Part shown: piece after piece, positions 11,600 to 23,410 of the stretch
Layout of the letters: each line of letters opens with the position of its first letter
Position numbering within the stretch: the stretch's first letter is position 1
Assembly (NCBI GenBank): GCA_973895155.1
Contig: OZ316893.1
Coordinates: 14,352,645-14,416,644, forward strand
From: Marsupella aquatica
Taxonomy: Eukaryota; Plantae; Marchantiophyta
Direction: 5' to 3'
DNA: 64,000 bases
Position numbers and translations under genes: made by a program
The notes under the pieces: generated by a model
What the model was told of the DNA's origin: nothing
Database searches by the model: none
What the model saw: only the letters and a program-made list of their open reading frames with translations

Positions 11600-14500
11600 A
11601 TGGCCCCATGAAGAATGAGTTGAAGTGGGAACCGAGTGGCATTAGTCTCATAGGTATGTTTGACGTCGTTCAATCCAATTGTTGTGTATCATCTTTGCAA
11701 ACAATACTGGGCCTTTTCTGAAAGCCACAGTAGAGGAATTCACCACCACCTATAGAGTTGTGAACTTGTACAAGCAGGAATCCTGGATTTCTTTTTTGTG
11801 ATCGAATGGCAGTGTCAACCTTGCCTAAAAAGGAACAACCAACAGCCTTATGCAACCCAGTTCCCTCGTAGAGAGTTCAAGTTGATTCCATGTGTCACGT
11901 AATCTCGGGCAATCAAAGAACATGTGTTCAATGGTTTCAACATGTTCCTGGCAAACAGTGCACTTCCCATTTCCAACATCCCACTTGAGAGCGCGTAAAT
12001 TGGAAAAGAAACTAGCATTGAGTACCTTCCAAAAGTCCAATTTGACACTGGGAGCAGACCAGCTAGACCAAAGGTGTATCCATCGTCGTCTCCAGATCTC
12101 TAAAGTGTCTAGTGAGAACCATCTCCTGTTGAGTGTCTCCGTTGGAGTGGTGTCTTGCTGTAGTATCAAAGCCCAAGTTTGAGTCTGGAGGTTCCATCCT
12201 ATTTTTCTCCTTTGGTCCATCTCCATATCCACCCTTTGATGTTGGGCAGATTCTCTGTGGTAGGCCCCAAGGATGTGTGCAAGAGCTCCATGACCTGTGT
12301 TAGCATCCTCACAACAGTGCTTCTGGTAGTTCTAGTTGCTCCTTGGCCCTGGGCCCTCACTCTGTGTAAAAGAAGTGGACCCCCTGCGATCAGGCCCTTT
12401 TCTTGTTTACCCCTTGTTATTTCCATTTTACTATTAAAAGCTCCCTTATTACCGGTAATAATTATAATTATTAGTTCAAAATGAATAAAAATTATCCTTC
12501 GAGCGTTCGCACGTCCTCCACGTATTAGTTAAGACTGAGGGCCCAGGGCTCCTTGGATCTGTTCAGTAGTCTTCCATGCACAATCGTGAGTAACCAAATC
12601 GGCAACATAAAAGATTTTTTTTATAGCCATGAACTTTTGAATGCATTTTTCTCTCTATCAGTACTGTCATTTAGTTAATTACTAATTAGGAGAAGAAGCT
12701 GCTCAACAGAGAGGTGGGTGGGTATGTTCCTAGTGGTGACATCAAATTGAAGGTGTTTATGAGTAGATTCCCGTCCTCTAAGCAAGCTATTAAGAGTTGG
12801 AGCAAAGGCAATTTTGATGCTTGGGTAGAGAAGGAGAACTTCATTGTGATCCCACTACTTGCACTCTTTCTTATGAGTCCCTTTTTGGCTATCATTTTGA
12901 TCATAGATTTGGCCATGTGCACCCAAACAATGTTAAATTCACATAGCAGTTTGGTGATGCTGCGCATTTTGCAGGCCTGAGCTTGGAGAGCAAAGGGCCT
13001 GATGGCCAATCCTTCTTCCTCAAACGGTCAGGTAATTGTGTCCCAAGCAACTAGTGCAATTTTGTCAGCTCCAGTGGCACTCTTTCCCCACGGGAAGATA
13101 TGACAGATCTTTTCCAGCTGCTGATAGCCATTCTTCTAGAGATTGAGGAACATCAAATGGTAGATTGGAATAGCCCTAAGCACATGCTTGAGGAGGACCA
13201 GTCTCCCAGCTTGGGTGAGAGTTCTATTGGTCCAATGCTTGAGTCTTTTCCTGACTTTGCCTAGTAAGAATTCAGTTTCCTGAGTGGGCCTGATTCTATT
13301 GCAAATAGGACAGCCCAGGTAAGTAACAACTTCACCAGTGGCTGCAATTTGACCTCTTGTTCTCTCAATCCAATCAGGTTGCTCAGATTTGTCAAGCTAG
13401 ATAATAATAGATTTTTCAATATTGAGAAGGGCCCTTGACACTCTTGTACAAGTTCACAACTCTACAAGCGGCGGTGAATTCCTCCTTTGTGGCTTTCTGA
13501 AAAAGCCCAGTGTCGTCTGCAAAGAGTTGGTGGAGAAACTTCTTCTCACTGTCAATATTGATACCTTGTAGCTCGCCAAAATTCAATTTTGCCTCAAGCA
13601 GGCACATCAGTAGTTGAGTGACAAGTGCAAACAGTAGTGACGCTATAGGACATCCTTGTCTTACTCTACATCCTAGGAGAATGTCCTTGGTGAATCCCCC
13701 ATTCACATGCACTTTAGAAACAACATCAATGACCAGACCCTTAACCATATATATAATTCATGTGTCTCAGGGTTTCCCACAAAAAAGTGTGGTCAACACG
13801 GTCGTATGCCTTGGCAAAATCTAATTTTAGAAACACTGCAAGTTGCTTGGAAATATTGACAAATTCTTGACCCACTTTGAATGCCAACACATTATCCATT
13901 ATGCTCCTGCCAGCAATGAATCTAGTTTGTTGGGAGGAAACTAGCATAGGGACCACTAGCTTCATTCGGTTGGAAAGAATCTTTGTTGCAATCTTGTGTG
14001 TGATTGTGAGCATGGTGAGCAGTCTCTAGTTCTTTAATAATTGAATATCTCCTGCTTTCGAAATGAGCTTCATAACTCCAATTGAAGTTTCTGAAGTTAG
14101 CAGTCCATCCAGCCAGAAGGTTTGAATCATTGCACAACAATCATCTTTCATCCAATCCCAACATAGTTGTAAGATCTTTGCAGTTACACCATCCAGCCCA
14201 GGAGATTTCTCTTTGGGGAAGTGTTGCACCATTGCAATAATCTCATCTTCACTGGGTTCTCTTAAAAGTGCCCAGTTTTGTGCTCTAGTCACTCTATTTT
14301 GTATAAGAGATAACACTTCCTCCCTCTTTACAGAGTTATTGCTGATGTTCTCCTCAACAACGAACAAGGATGAGTAGTACAATCTGGTTTCATCAAGAAT
14401 CTGTTGCTCATCGTCGATCATCGTTCCATTAGCAGTGGTCAAGAGTTTGATAGTTTCTGTGTTCTGCTTGGCTTTCATTTGCAGAAGAAATATTTGGATG

Positions 14501-15395
14501 GGGCATCCCCAAGAGACAACCACCGGACACGACTTCGTCTACGCTGTACTTCAGCTTCATGGAGCTTGTTCTCCTTAACCTCGGCTTCATGTCTCACTAC
14601 TTTAGCGATGATTTAAGGGGTGGGGTTAAGAGCAACTGCCTGCCTCAATACTTGAAGTCGAGTCACAAGATCTGGTTGTTGGTTTCGTATCTCAGTGAGA
14701 CGTCTTCTCTCAACAGCAAGCACCCTTCTAAGCAGCAAGCACCCTTTTCATTCTGCTTGCTGCAAGATCCCAGTGGATCCTTGCATCCCTGTTAGGGTGA
14801 GTGTTGGTGCCCCAAGCAGCCCTTGCTTGTTCCATGATAGCAGGATCATGGAGCATTTTTGCTTCCATCTTGAAATTATAGTTAGATTTTCTCATTCCAG
14901 GGGTGATGTTTATGTCTTGAAGAGCAAGGGTGACCAGGACCGGGAGATGATCTGACATAGTTTGTCAATCATCATGGTCAATCTGTCTAACTCCAAGCAC
15001 CAGCTGGCCTGATTGTTACAGTAGATCCTGTCAAGACAAGCTTGATCATAACGTTCACGGCACAGAGCTTGATGAGTAACTTTTGGCCCCTTCCGGACAG
15101 CAGCGCAGAGGTATGAGTCCACCAGGTCGCCAACATCAATGGCCCTGGCCCACTTACGGCTCTTGCTTTCGTGGACCAGAGGACTAGGTCCCGAGGAATC
15201 ATCGGGGTGCTCCACCATGTTGAAGTCCCCACCAACCACCCAATTACCTTGAGTGAGTTTGTGGCTCAACTACTCCCATAATTACTTCCTCTTTTCTCTA
15301 CTCCCAGCTCCATTCGGAGCATAGATGGATCCAATGTTCAGTGGTCCTTTGCTAGACTGAATAGTAAGCCATGCAAAAGACCCTAAACCCCTGAC
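11600..15395 (-). pseudogene. Disrupted LINE ORF2 (endonuclease-reverse transcriptase-zinc finger)
   Basis: Pieced together from ORFs 14910-15269, 14728-14958, 14026-14523, 13741-14013, 13416-13748, 12686-13009 and 11825-12232. The 3' end coordinate is approximate. Confidence 0.88.
12347..12548. mobile_element. 202-bp non-autonomous TIR element inserted in LINE ORF2, 13-bp perfect TIR, 8-bp TSD CTCCTTGG
   Basis: CTCCTTGG(12339-46)|ccctgggccctca ... tgagggcccaggg|CTCCTTGG(12549-56). Removing the element and one TSD restores the LINE frame (WKTTEQIQGATRTTRSTVVR). Confidence 0.9.
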
Positions 15396-15483
15396 CCACC
15401 AACACCAATATTCTTGCCTCTTACAAAACTTTTGAAACAAAATCCTATGTACCATCCAGGTCCCTGTTCAAAACATTAATTGC

Positions 15484-15679
15484 CATCCCTGTTCCTGTAA
15501 AAACATAAAATTAAAATTTTTTCCGGAAATAGCTCAAGGCCAGAATATTATCCTCCTGTTTTCATTTTAAAACCTATGTATACACTGAACAGTCTTGTTT
15601 ACACCATGATACTTTACATGACAAAATTCTTTCCAGGTTTCACAAGGACCCAAAACTATTTTGTTTTAGGACAGGGATG
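15484..15679. repeat. Imperfect inverted repeat, possible MITE remnant next to the LINE 5' truncation
   Basis: catccctgttcctgtaaaaacataaaatt resembles the reverse complement of actattttgttttaggacagggatg. Confidence 0.4.
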
Positions 15680-15937
15680 AAGTCAACCTAAAACCAGATA
15701 CATATGAAGGCAATAGGGCATGTCAAAGTTCTCCTGTAACACTTTGGTTATAGTTTATTTTTATGGATGTATCACCCTTATCCCATGTATTTTGGTAACT
15801 TATAACAATTCTGTCCTGGTCATAAGTGCATTTTATATTCTGAGCCGTAACTCAGGTATAACTGTGCTTTGACACCCCCTAATGCACACTTACCCACAAA
15901 CTCGAATTCTAAATATTTGCACTCATGAAATATTGCA

Positions 15938-16150
15938 AACCCTAGTTACGAATTCTAGATGTTTAGCCCGTACTTCTAGTTAAATGCAGACTGGATTCTT
16001 CTTCCCGTGAATGTGCACTTATAGAGATCGAAAAAGTGCTGGTAGGTACTACAGTATGGGCACCGTCGAAGACGTGACGGTGACAACGCCCCCTTGGTCG
16101 AGGCTAGGGTTCCCCCCGTTCCTCGTCGAGGGGCAGGGTTTAGGGTTTAA
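15938..16150 (+). promoter_or_regulatory. Telo-box (AAACCCTA/TAGGGTTT) cluster in the NSN1 proximal promoter/5' UTR
   Basis: aaaccctag at ~15938, ctagggtt at ~16104 and agggtttagggtttaa at ~16136-16150. Telo-boxes are established elements of plant ribosome-biogenesis and translation gene promoters. Confidence 0.65.
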
Positions 16151-16291
16151 TCCCGCAACACCAGTTCTGAGCTTCTGATGCACCGAAGTCTTTTTGCTTC
16201 TGCGCTGAGTTTTGCAGACGAAGAGCTCCCATCCCTTCAGCGTTCGGAAGTGATTTTTCGGACTTCAAATTTGCATTGACGAGCTTCAACC

Positions 16292-18807
16292 ATGGTGAAG
16301 AAGAGCAAGAGTAAGTGGTGGTTTTGCTTGTGTCCCGACTCTTTACCAGTTCCGGAGTTTACAGAAACAATCCTCTGATTGAAATGTTTGCTTGAGATTG
16401 GAACTAGGTCCGGAGTTTCACTTTGCAGGCTGTGAGGAAGACCGAAGTGCCGGTGGTGGTCTGATGCCCCCTGTAATGTTTGATTGATATGTTCAGAAAG
16501 TAAGTCCAAGCGCACGCCACTTCGGAAGAAGTATAAGATTCTGAAAAAGGTGAAAGAGCACCACAAGAAGAAGGCGAAGGAGGCGAAGAAGCTTGGAAAG
16601 TCGGGTAGGCCGAAAGTAGAAAAGGATCCCGGAATTCCCAATGCCTGGCCTTTCAGAGAACAAGAGCTACAAGCTTTGGAGGCTCGCCGTGCGAAGGCTC
16701 TCGAAGAGCAAGAGCAGAAGAAGGCAGCGAGGAAAGAGCGGGTCAGAATTTCTTTGTCATCTCCTCTACTATCTTCATTATCGCCGTTCTCGCAGGTTGA
16801 ATGGTATCGTATGCCAGTCATGATTGAAGGATTGATTGCATACCCTTTTGAGCTGTCATGTGCTGATGTTTGATTTGATTCAGCACAGGCTCGGAAGAGA
16901 AAGTTAGGGCTGCCGGACGAAGATGAGGAAGCCATGATGGAACTTGCGAAGGATGCAGCTACACGAGGCACTGAATTTGAGAAGACGAAACGTGGGCAGA
17001 CTGAGGAGTCTACAAGCGCACCTGCAGGTTAGTATTTTGCGCCACTTCCGTCTGGATTGTGGAGACCTGGCGAAAAGGCTATGCTATTTCGTCGTGAACG
17101 ATGCTTGTTAGGGGCAATTGACATTACAGGTGTGGCAAGCGATGGGACTCAAAAGAGTAGGAAAGCAAATGTCACGGTGCTTTGATCATTGGTGACTGAT
17201 GCGCCTTGTTTTCTTCCATATCTATCTGCAGAGGGCTCACGTAGAGCATTTTATAAAGAATTCCAGAAGGTCATTGAGGCGGCTGATGTTATCATTCAAG
17301 TTTTGGATGCTCGGGATCCTTTGGGAAGTCGCTGCCTAGATGTGGAGCGTATGGTGCTCAAGGCTGGAGCTACTAAAAGAATCATTTTGCTCCTGAATAA
17401 GATAGGTAAGTACGGTCCTCCGTTTTCTGAAAGTGTTGCATGTAAATTTTGATGAATTTTGTTCCTTTGCAATTTTGCCTCGCTACATCAGCTTCTTCGT
17501 ACCAATTTTGTTTTACGTTGCAGATTTGGTCCCCAAGGAAGTCGCTGAAAAATGGCTTAAATATTTGAGAGAAGAGTTGCCGACCGTTGCATTTAAGTGC
17601 AGCACCCAACAACAGAGAACAAATTTAGGGCGGAAGTCTTCCAAATCAAAGGAAGTTCCTGTTGTGACCCAAACGAGCGATTGCCTTGGGGCAGAAACCC
17701 TCCTCCAATTGCTGAAAAACTACTCACGAAACCAAAAGGTAAATTCCCCCTTACCTTGCTTCAATTTAGTGACTGAAATTCCGGTGGAAAAAAATGAAGG
17801 GAATTTCTCACCGTGAGAGCATGTCTGGTCTTGATTTGCAGCTCAAGACAGCTATTACCGTGGGTGTTGTTGGATTTCCGAATGTCGGGAAGAGTAGTCT
17901 GATCAACAGTTTGAAGAGAACTCGCGTCGCAACAGTTGGAGCCACTCCTGGTATGACGAAAGTGATGCAAGAGGTTCATCTGGACAAGAAGGTTAAGCTA
18001 CTGGACAGTCCTGGTATTGTCTTTGCTTCTTCCAAAGCTGATGAGGCGTCAGTCACTCTCCGAAATTGCACCAGGATTGAACAGCTACAGGACCCTTTCA
18101 CACCTGGTAAGACTTTTGGAGTACTATGTTCCTCTATGGCCATTGGTTTTGATGTCAAGCTCTCAATAGTTCTGCTTCAGTCTCTCACAATTGCGCCGCT
18201 GACCTACTCTGGGTGTTCTGTTTGCAGTGAAGGAAATTTTGAGATTATGTTCAGAAGAAAAGTTGATGTCCATCTACCGGATTCCAAAATTCATTGGTGT
18301 TGATGAGCTCTTACATCAAGTCGCCCTTGTTCGAGGCAAGCTGAAGAAAGGAGGTGTACCCAACACATTAACAGCTGCCCGTGTGGTGCTTCATGACTGG
18401 AATGAAGGTGAGAAACGTTCCTGAGAAAGAGTTTTTTAGCGGACTCCGTCCCGACATTTGCTCAATTTCTGAAATCTTTGTGCGTTTTTGCAGGTAAAAT
18501 CCCGTACTACACCCTTACACCCGAACGACATACCAGTGATCACTTGGAATCAACCATTGTGAGCGAATGGGGGAGAGAATTCGATTTAGACACTGTGTTT
18601 AAGGACGAGTCGGCTGTTATTTCAAACCTCCCGTCTCTGGAGACTAGCTCCCACTCAGAATTAAATCCTAGCATACCTTTTGCAATGGATGATGGTAACG
18701 ATGTGACTGAAGAAGCCATGGTGGAGGGAGAGGATGAGCACGATGAAGATGAAGATGAAGAAGACGGGGATGACGATGAAGAAGATTCTGATGATGCAAT
18801 GGAGTGA
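16292..18807 (+). CDS. NSN1: Nucleostemin/GNL3/Nug1-like nucleolar GTPase; exons 16292-16310, 16497-16741, 16889-17027, (17130-17156 candidate micro-exon), 17232-17405, 17524-17738, 17842-18106, 18228-18407, 18494-18807
   Basis: Basic N-terminus MVKKSKKSKSKR...[11 protein letters not shown] (GN3L_Grn1 domain), circularly permuted G motifs [22 protein letters not shown] and DSPG, then KGGVP..DWNEGKIPYY and an acidic tail. All junctions are GT-AG and in phase. Confidence 0.95.
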
Positions 18808-21800
18808 TAAAGTTTTGCTGATTTGATTGTGCCACATGGATTGCAAGTTTTGTACCTTGATATCGCATTCTTGAAATGTCACACGAAATATTTGAAGGAA
18901 AGGGAGTCCATCATAGGATTCCCTAAACCCTAATTCCTAATCCTCTCCTGGAGTTAAGTTCGGAATGCCTTCCACTTACGCCTCGTGATTAATAAACAAC
19001 CTTGCCAGTGACCAACGTGGAATACATCTTAATCAAGACATGGTTAGTTTAGACATCCAAGATCGTCGAAAGCCAGATGGACATCTGTAGTTGTAACCAC
19101 TGCCACCGAGTTAGCTTGATGACTTCTGAATTGGTGCTTCTTTTTCTATGATTTGTAATTGTGTTACCTTCAATATTCTAGACAGCAGACGGAGTGATCG
19201 TTGTATCTTAATCGCTCTATCATCCTCTCACTGTTAGTATTGTACTGGTACTAAGATCATGCTAAGCTAACCGCCCTGTCCTCCTCACTAAGTTGAATTA
19301 GTCTGTTTCTTGACAGATATGTTGTCCAGTGTAGACACTGTTAATGTCAACTTCTATCAGGTTCAGCCCCTTGTCCACAGCCAGTTACATGCTTTTCCCT
19401 CACAACGTCTTTCTCAAACAGAACACCTACCTGCTCTGGTTGATTGAGCTGTGGGGTGGATGCGATTCGCTCCATGAGCAGTCTATTTGGATGGGAGACA
19501 TGTGAACTTTCGGAGGAAAGAGGGATTGCGAAGGAGGTAGTAAACACTCCTCAGAAGGATCTTGGATACTAAATATGTCAATTCTTTTATAAACATCCAG
19601 GGTTCACTGGAGTGTCATGACCTGGAACAGTTTATAATATCAGATTTCATTGAGTGCTCATGGTTCACGGAGTTGACTTTCAGTGCTCATGGTATCCATC
19701 TCCAAGTTGGGGAAACTGGCCCACTCGATCGGAAAGTATCCACAGATACCCAACAAAGGATTGCAACAAGGAAACGTTCTAAATAATAACGAGCAGAATG
19801 AGTAGGCTGGCTTTGACTAGGAGATATCTGGCAGAAATGAGATCTGAGCAGAAGTGTAATTGTATCAGCTGATGTAGAAACTGCTGGACAGATTCAATGT
19901 CCACTGATCTGCTCGGAGTCTTTATCAACTTGGATTCATATCTCTTTGCTTCTCCAATTTTCTTGACACCAGGCTATACTCTTTTAGCTTGAATAGGAAA
20001 TAGTTCCAGATTAAATGGATCAAGGAAGATTCTACTCAAACTAGAGAGAATTTTACTAGAATCAGAGACGTTCTGAAATTGAATGTATCAGGCCCGTTTC
20101 AGGTCAAATTCAAGAGAGGATTCTACTTGAATTAGAGAGGCTTTGAAATTCAGTGCACCCAGGCAGGCTTGGCAGAAAACTTTCTGGCACACAGAACCTT
20201 GAAGTTGGACAATGAGGGGATTAGAGCCTGCCTAAGCAGGCAGGCTGTACCTATCTATGAGCTCAAATAGACTTTGGTGAGGTAATCCATATCAAGGGGA
20301 TAATTTTTAGGGCATAACTGGAGTGGTTTTCACCAGTTCTCTCGAGAACAATTCTTTTGTACTTTTGTAAGGGGAAATCTTCTTTGAGAAAGTAGCACAA
20401 CTGGTCTGGAAAAACCCTTGGTTTATAGTGTATTATTGTACGAGGACCCTACAGGAATTTTTTCTGGGGGGGTTGGAAAGGCATCTGACACTACAGGAAT
20501 ACTAGGGGTTCTTGCAATTCCACTTTGGGTTCAGGATTTGGAATTTTGGTAAAAGAGCTCATAGGCCTAGGATGGAGCCTGCTGTTTTCCTCAGAGATGC
20601 ATTTAATGCCATCGTTTGGGTCCCACACTCCCTAGTGCTTGCGGACCTGCCTGTCAACTCATACCAACCTCGCACCCTCGAGCTGGGCTGAATCCCTTTG
20701 ATAAGAGAAGTACCGTAGGCACAATCAGATCCGTGCAGAAAATAAATAACTAGTGGAAATTCAGCTCCCAATGATTAAATTTTAGTTAGCTTCTGTGAAA
20801 CCTGCTAAAAACTGGACTACATTTCTAGGAAGATTCTAACCTTTTTACACGTACAGGCGTGATTTACCAGTGTATGCACGAATCTGATCGTCCCCATGGT
20901 ACTGAATCGTCTGACTCCTGCCTAACAACGCCAGACTGATGAAGTCCACTTCTGGATGGGGGTTTGGTAAAACCCTACTTGCCAGGGTTGAACATAGTTG
21001 CGGTCACACAGTATCTTGAAAGGGGCAGCGGGCAGAGGCTGCGAGTGGGACCCAATTACGCAACAAAGAACTGCCCAGAACTGAACAAGTGTGATCTGAC
21101 CGGGTGCCTGGGAACATGTGCCAATCTGAGAGACGGAGAATTTAGCAGGTGACATAGGCCTGGGCCCTCCCTGCCTCACTAGTCACTACCTCACTAGTCA
21201 CTACCCTTTTATAGCAGTGTTATCATTTTCATAAGAAAGAAATTTCCTACAGTAGTAGACAAACATGAAGCGCAGATTTGTGTGGGAGTATGTGCTGTGA
21301 GCTCTGCCATCGAAGTGCGTTACGAACGTCCTGTTGACATGCCATTATGCCAACCAAGGAACAGACTGATCGAATGATCGAACCTGGGCAGCTGGCATGG
21401 CGAGAGAGAAAAGAAAAACTGCAAAAAGAGAACCCCATTGTTTTTGTCGGCTTGCCCTCAGACATAGTCCCGGACACATCGCCCTTCGCCCCTTCATCCG
21501 GAAAGATAGTCGCTCTCCTGCCACAACATATTATCTGAGGCTACTGATCTAACTGACATCACCGAGATCCTGACGTCACAGCTCTAGAGGGAAATGGAGC
21601 GTTAGATCTACGGAATCCACGGCCCAGAGCTTCGACGACTGACCGGACCCGCGCCGGGCGCCGGGCAGTGCGGACGCCGTGGCGCATTTCCGGTCTGCAT
21701 GCATGGCGAGTTGCCCTAAACCCTTGCGCTCCTATCTTGCGCGATTTTTTGTTTGCTGTATCATTTCTTTTTGTTGTTAAATGTTTTTTCTTTCCCGTTC

Positions 21801-22901
21801 CTGCCCCTGCCCCTGCCCTGGGCGGCAACTCGGCAAGGGCTTGCGTCCGGCTCTCCCGTACCGCTTGCACGAAGAAGCCGTAACAGCGGTGTTAGGTGAT
21901 CGGTTCCCGCAGCGGCCTGCCCGACATTTTCTTGCCTTTTCTTTTCCCCTGTGTGTATGTTGCGGACGGACAGATGGCTGTACGTGTATCTACACCGTAC
22001 AAAGTACGTTTTGAGCTGGCGGTCCTCAAGATATACCGTACTGTCATATGAATATGAATCCGCTCATACGAGATCAAATTGCCAAAAAACATGACTTCGT
22101 TTTTTAATATTTTGATGAAGGGCTCACAAAATTAAAGAAGCTTGGAATGAAAGCATGAAAAATAAACATTCATAAGTTGAAAATGATTGATATGACAAGA
22201 GCATAAATGAGGGGAGCAATTAGTGGAAATCTCAACTACATGATAATAGAGGAAAGTACAGTATTGAATGACCTTCAATTTGATTTTTTAACTCTACATT
22301 CATGCAAAAGGTGGAATTTTAAATTGAAGGCAATGAGAGAAAGAGAAATGTAATCAACAATAAATCTATTAGCCTTTAGTAAAGCCTGGATGCACAGATT
22401 TCAGCAAACAAAAAATCGTACATCCATTCCTATATAGGATCCAACGTTTGGCAGAAGGTGGATAAACGGGAGGAAGAGGGGCTGCCCATCTGTCAGGTCG
22501 AGGAAATGAGAGTCTTAAAAAGGGCAGAGCTAGAGACAGCGCAATCGAGGTGCTGGACTTTTCACACCGGGCACGGGCAGCGAGGAATTTATTTTGACCA
22601 GGCCAGGTGCGGGGCTTCGATTACGGGCAGCATACGGTCATTTACTGACCGCTAGACGAATGTTGACGGCCACTTTCTAGCAGTACGTACTCTCTGTTAT
22701 TTTCCGTTCCGTCAAAGACAGTGCCGTCCCTTCCTTCATCCCGTCCAGACTTCCAGTCGAGTCCTCCACTCCTCCGGTTCGGTCTCGCTTGGGTACGACG
22801 ATCCTGCTGATCCCGAAGCACGCGGTGGTGCATGGCCTGCCCGATTCTGGAATCTGGAAGTCAAGAGCTAGTGCTGAGACCTGAACTTATTTAGTCACTT
22901 A

Positions 22902-23410
22902 CACTCTTTACACTAATCAGTGTCACTAAACAATTAGTGTTAGACACTGGTTATGAGTTCAAATATACTCTTTCTTTGCAGTAATTAGTGTCACACACCC
23001 ACACACACTGATTGTGAGTTGCCAGTGAGGTTTCAGCCAACTGCTAATGTTTGCTGACACACTCAACTTAAACGATTGATTAGTATACTGGGAAAAACTG
23101 ACACTTAGACGTGACAGTGTTTTTTCATAACGAGAAAAGTTTGCTCGGATGTGTTTGAATAGTATGTGTGAATTTTTGTGAACTTTAGTCAGTACTGTGC
23201 ACATTTTGTTATTTGACTATTGTCCACTCTGTTTTTTTAATTTAAGTATGTATGACACTATTTGACTTGTCCATTCTGTTTTTTAAATTTAAGTCTGCGT
23301 GACACTATTTGACTTGTGCCCACAGCTAGTGTCATATCATATTCAGTCACCTACCTCAAAAATAACATCACATAAAATAGAGTGTGCGAGATTGATTACT
23401 GTAAAGAGTG
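22902..23410. mobile_element. MITE with ~20-bp TIR and TA TSD (Tc1/mariner-Stowaway-like)
   Basis: ta|cactctttacactaatcagt ... attgattactgtaaagagtg|ta, with 2 mismatches. The interior has many acact/agtgt subrepeats. Confidence 0.7.

Larger units (their letters stand above)
10921..15400 (-). mobile_element. 5'-truncated degenerate non-LTR retrotransposon (L1 superfamily LINE)
   Basis: Minus-strand fragments occur in canonical order: APE endonuclease (IYAPN, GGDFN, LDRIY, SDHLPV), RT (KSPGLDG, LDFAKAYDRV, RQGCP, LFADD) and zf-RVT (CTVCQEHVETIEHMFFDCP). An A-rich tail lies at 10921-10975. There are many stops and frameshifts. Confidence 0.93.

Noticed and set aside
16237-16971. 244-aa minus-strand ORF
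   Set aside because: Antisense shadow of the NSN1 exons with no recognisable domain.
21467-21482. snRNA upstream sequence element-like GTCCCggacACATCG
   Set aside because: It has a 4-nt insertion relative to RTCCCACATCG, no correctly spaced TATA, and no recognisable snRNA downstream.
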